Origin: Octopus sinensis
Lineage: Eukaryota
NCBI RefSeq assembly: GCF_006345805.1
Contig: NC_042998.1
Location: forward strand, 57,908,001-57,972,000
Direction of reading: 5' to 3'
Length of the DNA: 64,000 nt
Position 1 is the first letter of the stretch; every line of letters begins with the position of its first letter. Below the pieces are notes generated by a model. That model made no database searches. It saw only the letters and a list, made by a program, of their open reading frames with translations, and was not told the DNA's origin. This document shows, piece by piece, positions 1 through 12,166 of this stretch. Position numbers and translations under genes: made by a program.

Positions 1-85
1 GCGAAATGCTTAGCCGTATTCTGAGTTCAGATTCTGCTGAGGTCGACTTTACCTTTCACCCTTTCGGGATCGATAAATTAAGTAC
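1..85 (+). mobile_element. tRNA-derived SINE family A, partial copy
   Basis: Matches the internal part of the well-preserved copy at 11713-11947 (gcgaaatgcttagccgtatt...gaggtcgactttacctttca..cctttcggg.tcgataaattaagtac). Confidence 0.8.
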
Positions 86-243
86 GGCCTTGTGCCTATA
101 ATAGAAAGGATTATTAAGATATGTGATGAGCACTCTCTTTATATTTTAATTATGCATGTTTATGATGAGAAAGTTCTAAGCATGGATGAGTTATTTATTG
201 TCTCATGAAATGGGTTTGTTTCCGTGCAAATAATAATGGCATC

Positions 244-767
244 AAATTTTGGCACAAGGGAAGCAATTTCGGGTGAAGGTGTAAGTCGGTCACATCACCC
301 CCTTCTTGCACTGCGTATCTGATACTTTTTTTTATTGATAGTGCAAATAATAATGATGATAATACTGATTTAAAATTTTAGCACAAGGCCAAGAATTTCG
401 AGTGGGGTGAATAAGTCGATTACATTGATCCCAGTGTTTAACTGGTGCCTATTTTATCGATCTCGAAGGCATGAACGGCTAAGTCGACCATGGCGCAATT
501 TGAACAAAAGATGTAGAAACGGGCGAAATGGCGCTAAGTGTTTTGCCCGGCGTGCTAACGATTCTGCCGGCTCAGTGCTTTAATAATAATAATCCTTTCT
601 ATTATAAGCACAAGGCCTGAAATTTGGGGGTAGGGGGTAGTCGATTACACCGACTCCAATGTGCAACTTAATTTATCTACCCCGAAAGGATGACCTTGTT
701 TTCATTCGGAACATAAAACGCAAGAAGAAATAACGAAGCGCTAAGTATTCTGTCATTCAATCAACCG
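244..767 (-). mobile_element. Three adjacent degenerate SINE family A copies
   Basis: The motif gcacaagg....aatt(t)...aagtcgattac recurs at about 251, 380 and 608. The middle copy keeps the reverse-complement head (cccggcgtgctaacgattctgccggct). Confidence 0.7.
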
Positions 768-818
<51 letters not shown>

Positions 819-911
819 TTATTATTATTATTATTATTAATCACAATAATAATAATAGTAATAGTAATAGTAATAATATTAATAATAATAATAATAGTAA
901 TAATAATAATA

Positions 912-956
<45 letters not shown>

Positions 957-967
957 TAAAAAAAAAA

Positions 968-1023
<56 letters not shown>
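768..1023. repeat. Inverted microsatellite pair: (ATT)n at 768-839 followed by (AAT)n at 845-1023
   Basis: Read directly from the sequence. It explains ORF-track entries 841..1101 and 879..1148. Confidence 0.95.
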
Positions 1024-1024
<1 letters not shown>

Positions 1025-1811
1025 CCGGAACTACCAGGCCAATGTGATGAAAAATGAATGAAAAATGGAGCAGACCCAAAATGCCGATTCTGCAACGACA
1101 TGATTGAAACAGTGGAGCACCTAATCTCTGGATGTAAAGTCTTAGCACCAGTGGAGTATAAATTAAGACATGACAGAGTTGGCCAATATCTACACTGGCT
1201 AATAAGTCGGCATTACAATATAAAAACTGCCGACAAGTGGTATAATCACCACCCTGAGGCTGTAACTGAAGGAGAAAATGTAACCATTCTGTGGGACTTT
1301 CCAGTACATACAGACCGAACCATCAAGGCCAATAAACCAGATATTGTTGTGAAAGACCAAAACAATAAAGTTTGCTTATTGATCGACATGAACATCCCCT
1401 GTGATCATAATATCTCAGTGAAAGAGTTTGACAAACTCAGAAAATATAAAGACCTACTTATTGAAATTGAGAAAATGTGGCATCTCAAGGCGGTTACAAT
1501 ACCAGTGATCGTAGGAGCACTAGGAATGATCAAGAAGGGAACCGAAAATTATATGAGAATGATCCCTGGCTTACCATCCCTGCAAGAAGTGCAAAAGATT
1601 GTCTTAACTGGTACATCACACGTATTGAGAAGAGCATTGTCGATGTGAGAACTGTTGCTGCTCATGTATTTTAATTTAACTTAAAAAAAAAAAAAATGAA
1701 CGAACTATTGAGTTTGGTTTAATAGCCTACCAATGTATACTATGAGTTTCTTTGCCCTAGGAGTCGGGAAGACACTCGGCAAGAAATGGAAGCAAATTTG
1801 AAAGAAAAAAA
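1024..1811 (+). mobile_element. 5'-truncated R4/Dong-clade non-LTR retrotransposon (family A, copy 1) inserted in (TAA)n
   Basis: The ORF carries a CCHC knuckle (CRFC..ETVEHLISGC), RHD, and PD-(D/E)xK restriction-like endonuclease motifs (KPDIVV...LIDMNIP). The 3' UTR ends gcaaatttgaaagaaaa followed by (AAT)n, and there is (AAT)n upstream. Confidence 0.9.
1058..1648 (+). pseudogene. C-terminal zinc knuckle plus restriction-like endonuclease of an R4/Dong LINE ORF (196 aa fragment)
   Basis: Protein motifs as above. Nearly identical to the C-terminus of ORF 62874..63746. Confidence 0.9.
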
Positions 1812-3371
1812 AATAATAATAATAGCAATGCTGCTGCTGGTGATGATGATGGTAATAATAATGATGGATAACTAAATTTATGAATTCAATCAATAAATCA
1901 ATAAATAAATATGTGAGCATTTGATATTTAATCAAATGAATACAAATTTATACAACACTTAAGCATATCACTGTTCTTGAAAGTTTTCGCGTCACTGGAG
2001 AGCAAAGACGACTAGGTTGAAAAAGAATTCGAAATCCACGACTGAACATAGTACCTGCTACATTCATTGAACAACCACTCTAACGTTACAAATCTATCAA
2101 TCTTATGTAGTTCAGTTCTATCAGAACAGTTATGACTAATAATGTAATCATAAAAGCAAAAGAAATATATTTGCTATACAAATAATATAAGTCAATAATA
2201 GATATAATGCAACGTAACATCATTAATTCTATTTCTTTTGATTTTCATGCATTTTCATTTACATCAGTTTATTCTGCAATGTTTTAGAGACGCGCAGTTA
2301 CTGACGATATATTTTGTTCACTCATATATAACAGTCATTGCCACATAAAGATAGGTTTCAAGTGAATAAGAGTGTGTGTATTCATATGTACACATACGTA
2401 TGTATGTATGTATATATATATATACGTTTCTACTACATATGGGGGAACTTCCGTCTCTGGGTGTGCTTGTGGAGTTTTTAGCTTACTCATTTTATCGATT
2501 TTTATGAAACTTGACACGTGAGTATAACTCATGCCTGGAAACCTCATGGAATACTCAGATTATTGAAAAAAATCGACAATAGGGCCACTGGAAGAAATCC
2601 TTATATATTTTTAATATGGTTTATTTTAAGAACCAAGGAAATAACGCATTCGGCCCTGGAAGGAATCCTTATATATATATATCCATGGGAAATAACCTAT
2701 TCATTTTCCTAAATTATTTGTCGAAATTGAAATTGAAAATGCTCATTTCTTAGTATTTGAACTTTTAGAGTTATATTTTGCAATTTACCTAGTACAACCC
2801 TTAAACAAGCAAATAGTATTTTCCTAAACAACAGATCCACTTATTTCGGTTAGTGACTTTTTTACGAATATACCAACACTAGCACCCTTGAGGGTTATAT
2901 ACTCTGGGAACGAACAAAAGCCCTTTTCAGCGTTATTTACTTTGATTAGCCTGTTATTATGTAACATGCTTCATTTTAGAGTAAATACCTTATTAGTATT
3001 TCCTCCTATATTCGATATTCTGTGGGAACGCATTAAAGCCTTTTTCGGGGTTACTTTATTTGAATTCTAACTATCGGTTAACTAATTTCATATTATTACA
3101 TAACTGACCTCACAATTTGGGTATTCCCAACTTATTGGGAATTTCTAAAGGCAAGATCCCGTAAATTACAATTCCGTATTGTCTGTAAAATCAGTTATAA
3201 GGGCTTCATAGTTTGTATTGTTATTGGATTAGTGAAACAATTATGAGAACAGAACCAATGGTTTAGCCTCACTTTCTGGAAATTACCGTGTACGTCAGCT
3301 AGTATACACACACACACAAATATTTATGTGTGTGTGTGTATGTACACGTACTCACACACACACACATTTAT

Positions 3372-3422
<51 letters not shown>

Positions 3423-5519
3423 AATAAAAAATGGAAGATAGAATATACGCGAATTTATTATTATCATGACAATTGTTTCGAAACATCTAGCATCGATGCC
3501 TCAATGGGCGAGACACGCAACGACTGGTTCAGGAGCATCCGGCGGTGCAGAAGTATCTCGTCGGGTGATAAATAAATACAACTCCTTAAAATAAAAATTC
3601 TGCAATGTAACTTTTCGTTTTGTAGAAAGAAAAGCAGCCAGACGGAGGAAATATCTTCATTTATATAGAAAATCAAAAATAAAATCACAAATGGCAAAAA
3701 GAGAAATGAACACGCAAGCAAACCAGAAAAGTATTAAAATAACCGTTAACAAATATGGATGTATAAACGCCCTCAGGCAAGCTGCATAACCCGGGTACAC
3801 TCGCTCATACAAGCATCCTGTATTTATGTGGCAATGATGTTATATATTTTGTTGTGACCGGTTCAACTTCCACTTATTTATTTATTTATTTACTTTTTTA
3901 TTTATTCCAGTAAGCGTTTTCGTCGGCGTTTTGCGACCGTATCAAGAAATTTTTACTCTGACCGTCCGCTATTGAAGCTACGCTCCTTTAAGTCTTTCTT
4001 GTTTTTTTTTGCGCATATGTGTTTTTTTCTGCGATTTTCTGAGATTTTGATGCGAAATTGTGTTGTGTATGACTCTGTGTGTGTGTGTGTGCGCGCGCGC
4101 GCACCATTAAGCGTGTGGGCTTGTGTATGTATATTTGTAAGTATGTATGTATTCTACACATTCGTGTGGTTTTGTTTTTTTTATTATTACTAATATCATC
4201 ATTACTATTTATCGTAGTTGATTTTCCCCTATATCACAGTTGTCAGCTTTAAACGTTTTTATCATGGCTGAAGTTAGATTAGTCATTTTATAGTATGCCA
4301 TCCATCATGGTTTCACTGTTAAGTCAACAGCTACCAATTTCGTCTTCAATTCTTAATGTAAGATTTCGACAACCTTCGGTAATTGTCTACGACCGATCAC
4401 GAAGCCTCAATGTTGTAACTCGACCAGTTAGAAACAGCACTAATATCTTTTTCATGACACTTTACCGGCTTTAAAATAGAACGAATATTCAAAAGCACGA
4501 CGTGTGGCCATGGCATTTCACTACAACTTGACTTGACAAGTTGACGAGGATTAAACTGGGGATAAGTACACCAGTAATGCATATATATACATACATATGT
4601 ACATACATGGTGACTGCCCCCTCGTTATCGAGTATGGCCATTGTACGAAGCTTAATCAATGTTGTTATCGTGCAATGCCTGTGCAAGAAGATTTTTTTTA
4701 AAGTGAGGAAAACTGTGCACTTTGTCAATCCCACTCACTAAGTAACAGCAGCCATAATCCGAAAACAAGAACAAGTCAACTTCATCGGTAACCACTGAGC
4801 CGCAGGTTTTATGTCGGAGTTATCCCAGTTACCGGAGTTACCTTTTCCTAGAAGGATGCCCTAACAAAGGCTAGGATTCATTCACTCCCAGTGGTTTAAC
4901 ATACATACATACATAACATATATGTATCTATATATATATGTATATGTGTGTATGTATATATACACAGAAAGTATATAGAATTATATTTATAGTATTGTAT
5001 ATTATACATATTTTATACGTATACAATGAAAATTACAGATAGATTACTTTATAATGTATTTGCTTTTATTGATTAAGAAAGTTGGCCTGATTAATCTTTT
5101 GATCAAAACATTCTAGCCATGCTCATATTCCGAATTTTTACGCAAATAACATATCCATGATACATTATTACGTCAGGAGGTGTTTCTATCACGAAGAACA
5201 ACTACGCAGATGCTATTCTTTGACACAAACAATATTGAGTGAAGAGTAAATAAGTAGCAGTCGAGCACTAGGGCCGATGTAGACGTCTTACCCACTACCC
5301 CGAAATTGCTTACATTGTGTGAAAGTCTGGAACCAATATTAGAGTTAGGGAGCTGGTAGGATTGTTAGTGTTTTGGACAAAATGCTTAGCGGCATATCTT
5401 CCGGCTTTTTCACCTTCTAAGGGAGCGAAATAGCAGAAAATCATCTCTAGCTAATCATTGAAAGGACGTTGATGTTGCTATGGTGGCGGTTGTTATTGTT
5501 ATCATTATTATGTTTTTAC

Positions 5520-5674
5520 CTTCTTTCTTCAAATTTTCTTCCTTTTCTCGCCGAGTGTTTTCCATACACCTAGGGCAGAGAAGCTCATTGTATGCATTCC
5601 CAGATTAAACACGCAAATTCACAGATAAAATATGTATTTAAAAATTAATAAATAAATAAATTCATGGATGGATG

Positions 5675-5677
<3 letters not shown>
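5520..5677 (-). mobile_element. Divergent Dong-like LINE 3' UTR-only copy
   Basis: tcttcaaattttcttcc..ttctcgccgagtgttttcc..acacctagggcagagaagctcattgtatgcatt aligns with the family A 3' UTR (ttcaaatttgcttcc..ttcttgccgagtgtcttcccgactcctagggcaaagaaactcat). It abuts (TTA)n. Confidence 0.7.
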
Positions 5678-5705
<28 letters not shown>

Positions 5706-5798
5706 CTACTACTACTACTAATACTACTACTACTACTACTATTATTATCATTATTATTATTATATTATTATTATTATTAATATTATTATTATTATTAT
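5678..5798. repeat. (ATT)n/(ACT)n compound microsatellite
   Basis: Read directly from the sequence. Confidence 0.95.
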
Positions 5799-5847
5799 AT
5801 GAAAACTCACAGCTTATTTTGCTGGATATGATGGAAAGTCACGTGAC

Positions 5848-6035
5848 CCTGTGGTCTGGGTGTTGCGCTTACGTTCGCCACATTATGGGTTCGATCCCGG
5901 ACCGAGCAGCGCGTTGTGTTCTTAAGCAAAGCACTTTATTCTCTGCAATCATTTCGACATCTGGCTTGTAGCACTCATGTTCAGCTGTACAGGCAATGGA
6001 CTAATCCTCTCCCCCAAAATATCAGACCTTATGCA
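5848..6035 (+). mobile_element. tRNA-derived SINE (family C-like), degenerate
   Basis: B-box-like gggttcgatcccgg followed by gcgcgttgtgttctt, similar to the copies at 21543 and 35417. Confidence 0.6.
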
Positions 6036-6263
6036 TTTACTGGAAAAGATTTTTGTAATTGCTATTATCATTACGAATTGACGAGTCAACACTGCCATTT
6101 CTAACGTAAAAAAAGAAAAAATACAATTTGTTTTTAAAGTAGATACTTCTTTACTAAAGCGCATTTCGTATTTTTGCATGGATCGTGATTATCCGCATAA
6201 TAAATTTCCAACATTGAATTACCAGCAAAGAATATATGGAACTGCTTGTCGATCGTTGAAGCA

Positions 6264-6267
<4 letters not shown>

Positions 6268-6305
<38 letters not shown>

Positions 6306-6310
6306 ATATA

Positions 6311-6364
<54 letters not shown>

Positions 6365-6734
6365 ATATATATTATATATATATATGCATTTCGAATGAAC
6401 GATTAACTAAACAGTATGCTTCCATTTTAAATAACAAAATAATACACACGTTCTGTGTTCATCTGCTATATTGGTTCCCTAAAAATGATTTTTAACGTTA
6501 TTTGGTCTCTCACAAATGCTAGTTTTTTATAACAAGGGTAAGCGTACGTGAGTATATGGAATATACATACATTCATGCATACACATACATATGCCATACA
6601 GACGTACATACATACATATATACATATACACGTACAGACGTACAGACGTACATATATACATACATATAAATATATATATATATATATTATATATATATAT
6701 CGATATATGTATATATGTATATATATGTATGTAT

Positions 6735-6777
<43 letters not shown>

Positions 6778-6855
6778 ATTATTTGAGGGAATATTATTCC
6801 TAACTTACAGGGAAAATTCAATTTTGAAATACTAAATCAAATTTCACAAAATACA

Positions 6856-6912
<57 letters not shown>

Positions 6913-7150
6913 TGCGTGTGTTTGTGCGTGTGTGCGTGTGTGTGTATTAGTGTATGCATTTGTATGTGTGTTTGTATGTGCGTAGATACATAGACACACG
7001 CATATATAAATATGTGCGCATACACATACCTATATACATATCATATATATATACATACATACATACAGTATGAATACATATATACAAATGCTAACACATA
7101 TACCCTCCTACACGCATGTATATATATATATATATATTATATATATATAT
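6268..7150. repeat. Cluster of (TA)n, (TACA)n and (TG)n microsatellites
   Basis: Read directly. Source of the YI, HT and CV pseudo-ORFs. Confidence 0.9.
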
Positions 7151-7209
7151 ATCAAATGCCTTTTAGAAAATATACCGTTTCTATATTTGAAGAATATTTT
7201 CATAGAGGA

Positions 7210-7800
7210 ATTTGCTTTTAGCGATGTTGGTTTGGCGGTTTAAATTCGGATTTAGAATATTTGTAAGACATTCCTCTTTTAACTTTCGTATTTTGATCAT
7301 TTTCTTTCTTACTTTCGAACAGAAGAGAATATCTTGCATTTTCCATTTGCAAAATATCTTGATGTGCAGTACTCGAATCATTTCTAATAGATAAATCATT
7401 TATTTGTTGCATATGTGCTCTTACCCGAAGTATAAATGTTCATTCCGTTTCGTCGATATAAATTTCATTGCACTCCGTGCTTGTGATGCAGTAAACGTGG
7501 TCTTTTTTTCTTTTGCAATTCCTATGCACGTTAACTTTCAAGTTCTTCCCATTCTTGAATTTTTGGGTTTTCGAACTGTGCATTTCACATATGTTCCTCA
7601 ATGAAGATCTCCACATTTTATTACCTGTATTATTTCTTCTGATTTGAGCTTATCCGTTGATAAAAATCTTTAAAGATTTGCTGGAGGACCTGTTCTTGAT
7701 GGTTTGTAATTCTTTAATTATATTTCTATGTTTTGGTGATTCGATGTTGAATAGGAAGGTATCGTTTGGCCGAATGCCAGAAGCTATAAATTTCAAGAAT
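7210..7800 (-). pseudogene. Penelope-like element (PLE) relic: Cys-linker plus GIY-YIG endonuclease, with stops and frameshifts
   Basis: Minus-strand translation gives IKCGDLH*GTY (KCG..RC.TC-like linker) and NCKRKKDHVYCITSTECNEIYIDETE*TFILRVRAH (the VYxITCxxCxxxYIGET..L..R...H signature; motif at about 7446-7496). It ends KEECLTNILNPNLN. Confidence 0.8.
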
Positions 7801-7837
7801 TACGAGTGCAATCTTCAGAGGAATCTTTAGTACATTA

Positions 7838-9087
7838 AGCTGAAAATTCACAGGCTGACCAAGATACTCTCATGGAATGTAACAAGATGTGGTTTATTTT
7901 TTAACACAGTCCTCCTTACTGTTCATACACTTCTATTTGTGTTGCTGCGCTTGGATCCCAAGTAGATACTTTCATCTTGTTGGAAAAAGAAATCCTTAAC
8001 AGCAGGTATGATGTTATCATCACTGCGATACAGGTTCCCAAACATGTGTTTTTCCATGTTGGGCAACAGATGATAATCAGATGGGGACAAATCAGGAGAA
8101 TGTGGAAGGTAATCAACCAGTTCAAAGCCACAGTCACACATGACAACCATTGAAACTAACCACTTCTGTGCGGGAGCCTTCTTCTGATGAAACAATACCC
8201 ATTTCGTCTGTTTCCCTGGGCGTTTGGTAGTGATAGCCTTTCGTCACTGTCTAAGCAAGCTAGCATAGTGCACTCCAATGATGGTGTGACTCTTTTCAGG
8301 TGAGCCAATAAACACATCCCTCAAAACTGAGGCCATTATCTTCCCTGTAGATGAGAAGCCATTGACCTTCTTTGAAACAGGTGAGGAGGGGGGGTTCCAC
8401 TGCACCGATTGTTTCTTTGTCACTGGCTTGAAGTGATGAGGGCAACACGCATTCTGGGTGAGGAAACTTTCAAAGAAACTAGATGGATCTACCTCAAGCA
8501 ATGTCAGATTCACCCGTGATGTGATCAACCTGATGCGCTGGTGATCAAGTGTCAGAAGACGCAGCACGCACCGAGCAGAAGCCTTCGTCATATAAAGATT
8601 ATTGAGGAGAATATTCTCAATTCTCTCAATGGATATGCTAATAGCATTGACCATTTGATTTATAGTCAATAGCATGTCATCCAACACCATGTGGTGAACA
8701 CGATCAATGATTTCCTCGGTGATGGCGGTTTCAGGATGTCCAGACATTGGGTCATCTTCAAGGCACTCCATTCCCCTCCGAAATTCAGCAGCCCACTTAT
8801 GCACTACTGAGAAAACTGAAGCGTCCTTCCATAAAGTAGCAGCCATAGCATCATGAATGTCTTTGGGAGCTAAAGCCTATTTCTGCAGGTACTTAATATC
8901 ATGATGTCAATTTTCTTCGATTTTCAAGGGAAGTTGCTTCTACTTACTTCTAAAGTCTTCTTTGAACAGTCAGTTTACCTAGAGAGAAACATTTCAGTTA
9001 TTAATAAGAAGGACTGTAATTAACGCATGCAAGGTTTCACAGCTCTAGTATCACTCCTTTGTAGTCAGCCTATTAACTTTCCGGGCC
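7838..9087 (-). mobile_element. Mariner (Tc1/mariner) transposon relic with degenerate TIRs
   Basis: Transposase fragments: IKYLQK*ALAPKDIH, VHKWAAEFRRG..LEDDPMSGHP, KASARCVLRLLT (WVPHEL-like) and PHSPDLSPSDYHLL (YSPDLAPSD motif). The TIR-like gctgaaaattcacaggctgac at about 7839-7859 corresponds to gtcagcctattaactttccgggc at 9064-9086. Confidence 0.9.
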
Positions 9088-9694
9088 AACAGGAACAGAA
9101 AAGCAGTTTTGCGTGTATGTACTGAAAATGATTCTTCTGTCGAAAACTGGCAATAGAAACCACAAATTTTCTGATAGACAATTAGCCATTCTTTAGTATT
9201 TAAGCTAAAGTTGGGTAGATATTAAAGAAGACAACTCCAGTGAACGACGATATACTTTTAGCAAGTATGGAGGAAACTGAGCAGGAATAAGGGAAAGAAA
9301 TGGAAGCGCTGCCAACCATGCCAAATATGATCCAAATCTTAAATATTAATTCAAGTACAGAAAATGCACCACTACCAGCATCTTCCATAATGTGAATTGA
9401 ACACTGTTTAGTATTTAGCGTTCATTAATATGCACTCGTTCTTTTAACTATCGTATAATAAAGCATACCGATTTTGATATCAAGCATTCAATTACTAGTG
9501 ATGATATCGTCAACATGAATTTCTACAGTATCCTACGCTAATCGTAGCAAATGTGCATATGCATGTAAGTATGTATGTATGCATGTATATATATGTGTGT
9601 ATGTGTGTGTATGCTTATACCTAAATATATATGCATGTATATGTTTGTCTATATATTTATATAAAGGGCACATATGCATGAACTATATATGTGA

Positions 9695-9748
<54 letters not shown>

Positions 9749-9995
9749 ATCCACAGAGAGAAAGAGAGTGTATGTGTGTGTAAGTGATACTGAAAGATAA
9801 TGACTGTGTTAGAGAGATTGAAGTGTGAGATATTTTGTAGCAAATAAAAAAAACAAATGAATATGTTGTGTGGTGTATGATAAATGAGAGAGAATTCTCA
9901 CTAAAACCTTGAGGGTAAGTTTCGACAACTGAAAAGATAAATGTAAGGAAGCTAGATTTTTAAACGTATTCATATGTACACTTATAGACACACAC

Positions 9996-10032
<37 letters not shown>

Positions 10033-10190
10033 CACACACACACACACATAAACACATATATATGTACTTATATACATACATATATATTGATATATTATTA
10101 TATCATTTCATACTTATATATATATATATTAATGCATTATAATATTATATACAATATAATATATCATTATGTTCATATATATATATATAT

Positions 10191-10276
<86 letters not shown>

Positions 10277-10650
10277 ACTATTATACAAGTATACATGTAC
10301 ATACATACATACATATATACGTACACAGGCGTGGGTCTTAAGCACCCACTATATGTATGTGTTTATGTGTAAAAAGGCGTGGAACCACATACACGCATTT
10401 GTAAGTAGTCGTGTATGTTTTTAATATATCTTGTATTCATCATCTACTCCAGAATATGGTGTAGCTGTGAATCCATGATATAAAATGAAACGTAGCCACA
10501 TGTCAGAAGGCAAATTCAACATGTGTTATTGAATAGTATTTCTATGACTGATTCACTGCAAAGATTGATAAGTGTGTGCCCCCTATCTGGATCTCTCTCT
10601 GTTCTTCCCTTCCTTCTCCCTCTCTCTTCCTCCTTCTCTCCCTTTACACT

Positions 10651-10690
<40 letters not shown>

Positions 10691-11712
10691 ATGTGTGTGT
10701 GTGTATATGCATATGGATATATTTGTGTGTATTACACACATATACACACATTCATGTGCATGTATACGTATAGTGAAAGAGAGGCTGAGGTAAGGGCGGT
10801 GTACAGCAATTCAGCAGATATATGTAGCTAACACTTTATTGCTTTCAAGTGAATATGAAATTATTCAAGTGAATACAAAAGGTCTTAAAATGGGTGAATT
10901 TCCTGTCAATGGATAATTTAAGACGATGGACAGAGAGAACTAGATAAGGCAATAGAATAGCTTTGACTTCAGTTCTAAATAGCGTCATTTTAGAGATTTC
11001 CAGTGTTTAAAAAAAATTGTAATTGTTGTCTCATAGCAGATATACAGCGCTTTGCTTTTGATATGGTAAGCTAAAGCGATACGCCTTTCTAGTATATTTT
11101 ATGTTTAATATAATAAATACTGGTTGATCGCTTCAACAGCATGATGTGTCAGCAAATGTTTATGGCGAGTTTACTTAGAAATAGAAGAATTTAATAGATA
11201 CACACTAAAGAGATGCTTACATTGACAAGGGTGATAAAGTTGACATTAATGCTAATGGTAATGATGATGATGACTGATAGTAATTGCAGATGTGATGATA
11301 ATAGATGTTGTTTTTCGTTTCACTACTAACTGTGGTGCCATCGTTATCTTTTGTTTGCTAATGCTCTCATTATGGAGACGACTTAATAGCGAGAGGAATT
11401 TATAGCCAATTATGATAGAGTAAAAACCAATGTAAACCTAGTGTTTCCTTCCTTGAAATGCATGTGTTTATACTTTGGCTCTTTTTTCCCTAGTTGCTCA
11501 TGTGGCTAGCATCATTTTCTCTTTTTCTCGTGTGTAGTATCAATGAACAAACCAGCTTTTGTACACGTCTAGAATACGTGATTGCAGGACTACTAATAAA
11601 TAAGAAGTGGATCAATGCTTCAGTCTTTCTTTCTGAAATTTTGAACTTCACTTCCAGATTGTTATTGGCAAAATGGAAGAGCTAATCAGTATTTCATAAT
11701 CATCAACCCTTG

Positions 11713-11947
11713 GGCAGCGAGCTGGCAGAAACGTTAGCAGGCCGGGCGAAATGCGTAGCCGTATTTCGTCTGCCGTTACGTTCTGAGTACAAACTCCGCC
11801 GAGGTCGACTTTGCCTTTCATCCTTTCGGGGTCGATAAATTAAATACCAGTTACGCACCGGGGTCGATGTAATTGACTTAATCCCTTTGTCTGTCCTTGT
11901 TTGTCCTCTCTATGTTTAGCCCCTTGTGGGTAATAAAGAAATAAGAA
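11713..11947 (+). mobile_element. tRNA-derived SINE family A, well-preserved near full-length copy
   Basis: A-box-like gctggcagaaacgttag, B-box-like gagtacaaactcc, A-rich tail. At least 9 related copies occur in the window. Confidence 0.85.
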
Positions 11948-12089
11948 AACATTGGGCATCATAGCCTCGTGTCGTAGGACTCATCAGAACGGTTACTAGG
12001 TCTTCATAGCGAGAAAATAACGAAAATCAGAAAATTGAACGCCAGTCCCGCGCAGGGTTATTATTCAAAATAGATGATTGGATTGGAGC

Positions 12090-12166
12090 ACAACGCACTA
12101 CCAAGTCGAGGAATCAAAACCATAGTTTTGCGATCGTGAGTGCAGCACCCTAGACACTTAGCAATC
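12090..12166 (-). mobile_element. SINE family C tRNA-like head fragment
   Basis: ggaatcaaaaccat...cgatcgtgagtgcagcaccctagacactta resembles the reverse-complement head at 35660-35725. Confidence 0.55.

Noticed and set aside
1477-1674. Recurrent 65-aa ORF MASQGG... (also 59299 and 62848)
   Set aside because: It is an alternative frame of the same LINE sequence, so recurrence reflects DNA identity rather than an independent gene.
9200-9388. Hydrophobic 62-aa minus-strand ORF resembling a membrane protein exon
   Set aside because: No recognisable family. The hydrophobicity can be explained as the antisense of an A-rich plus frame that itself contains a stop.
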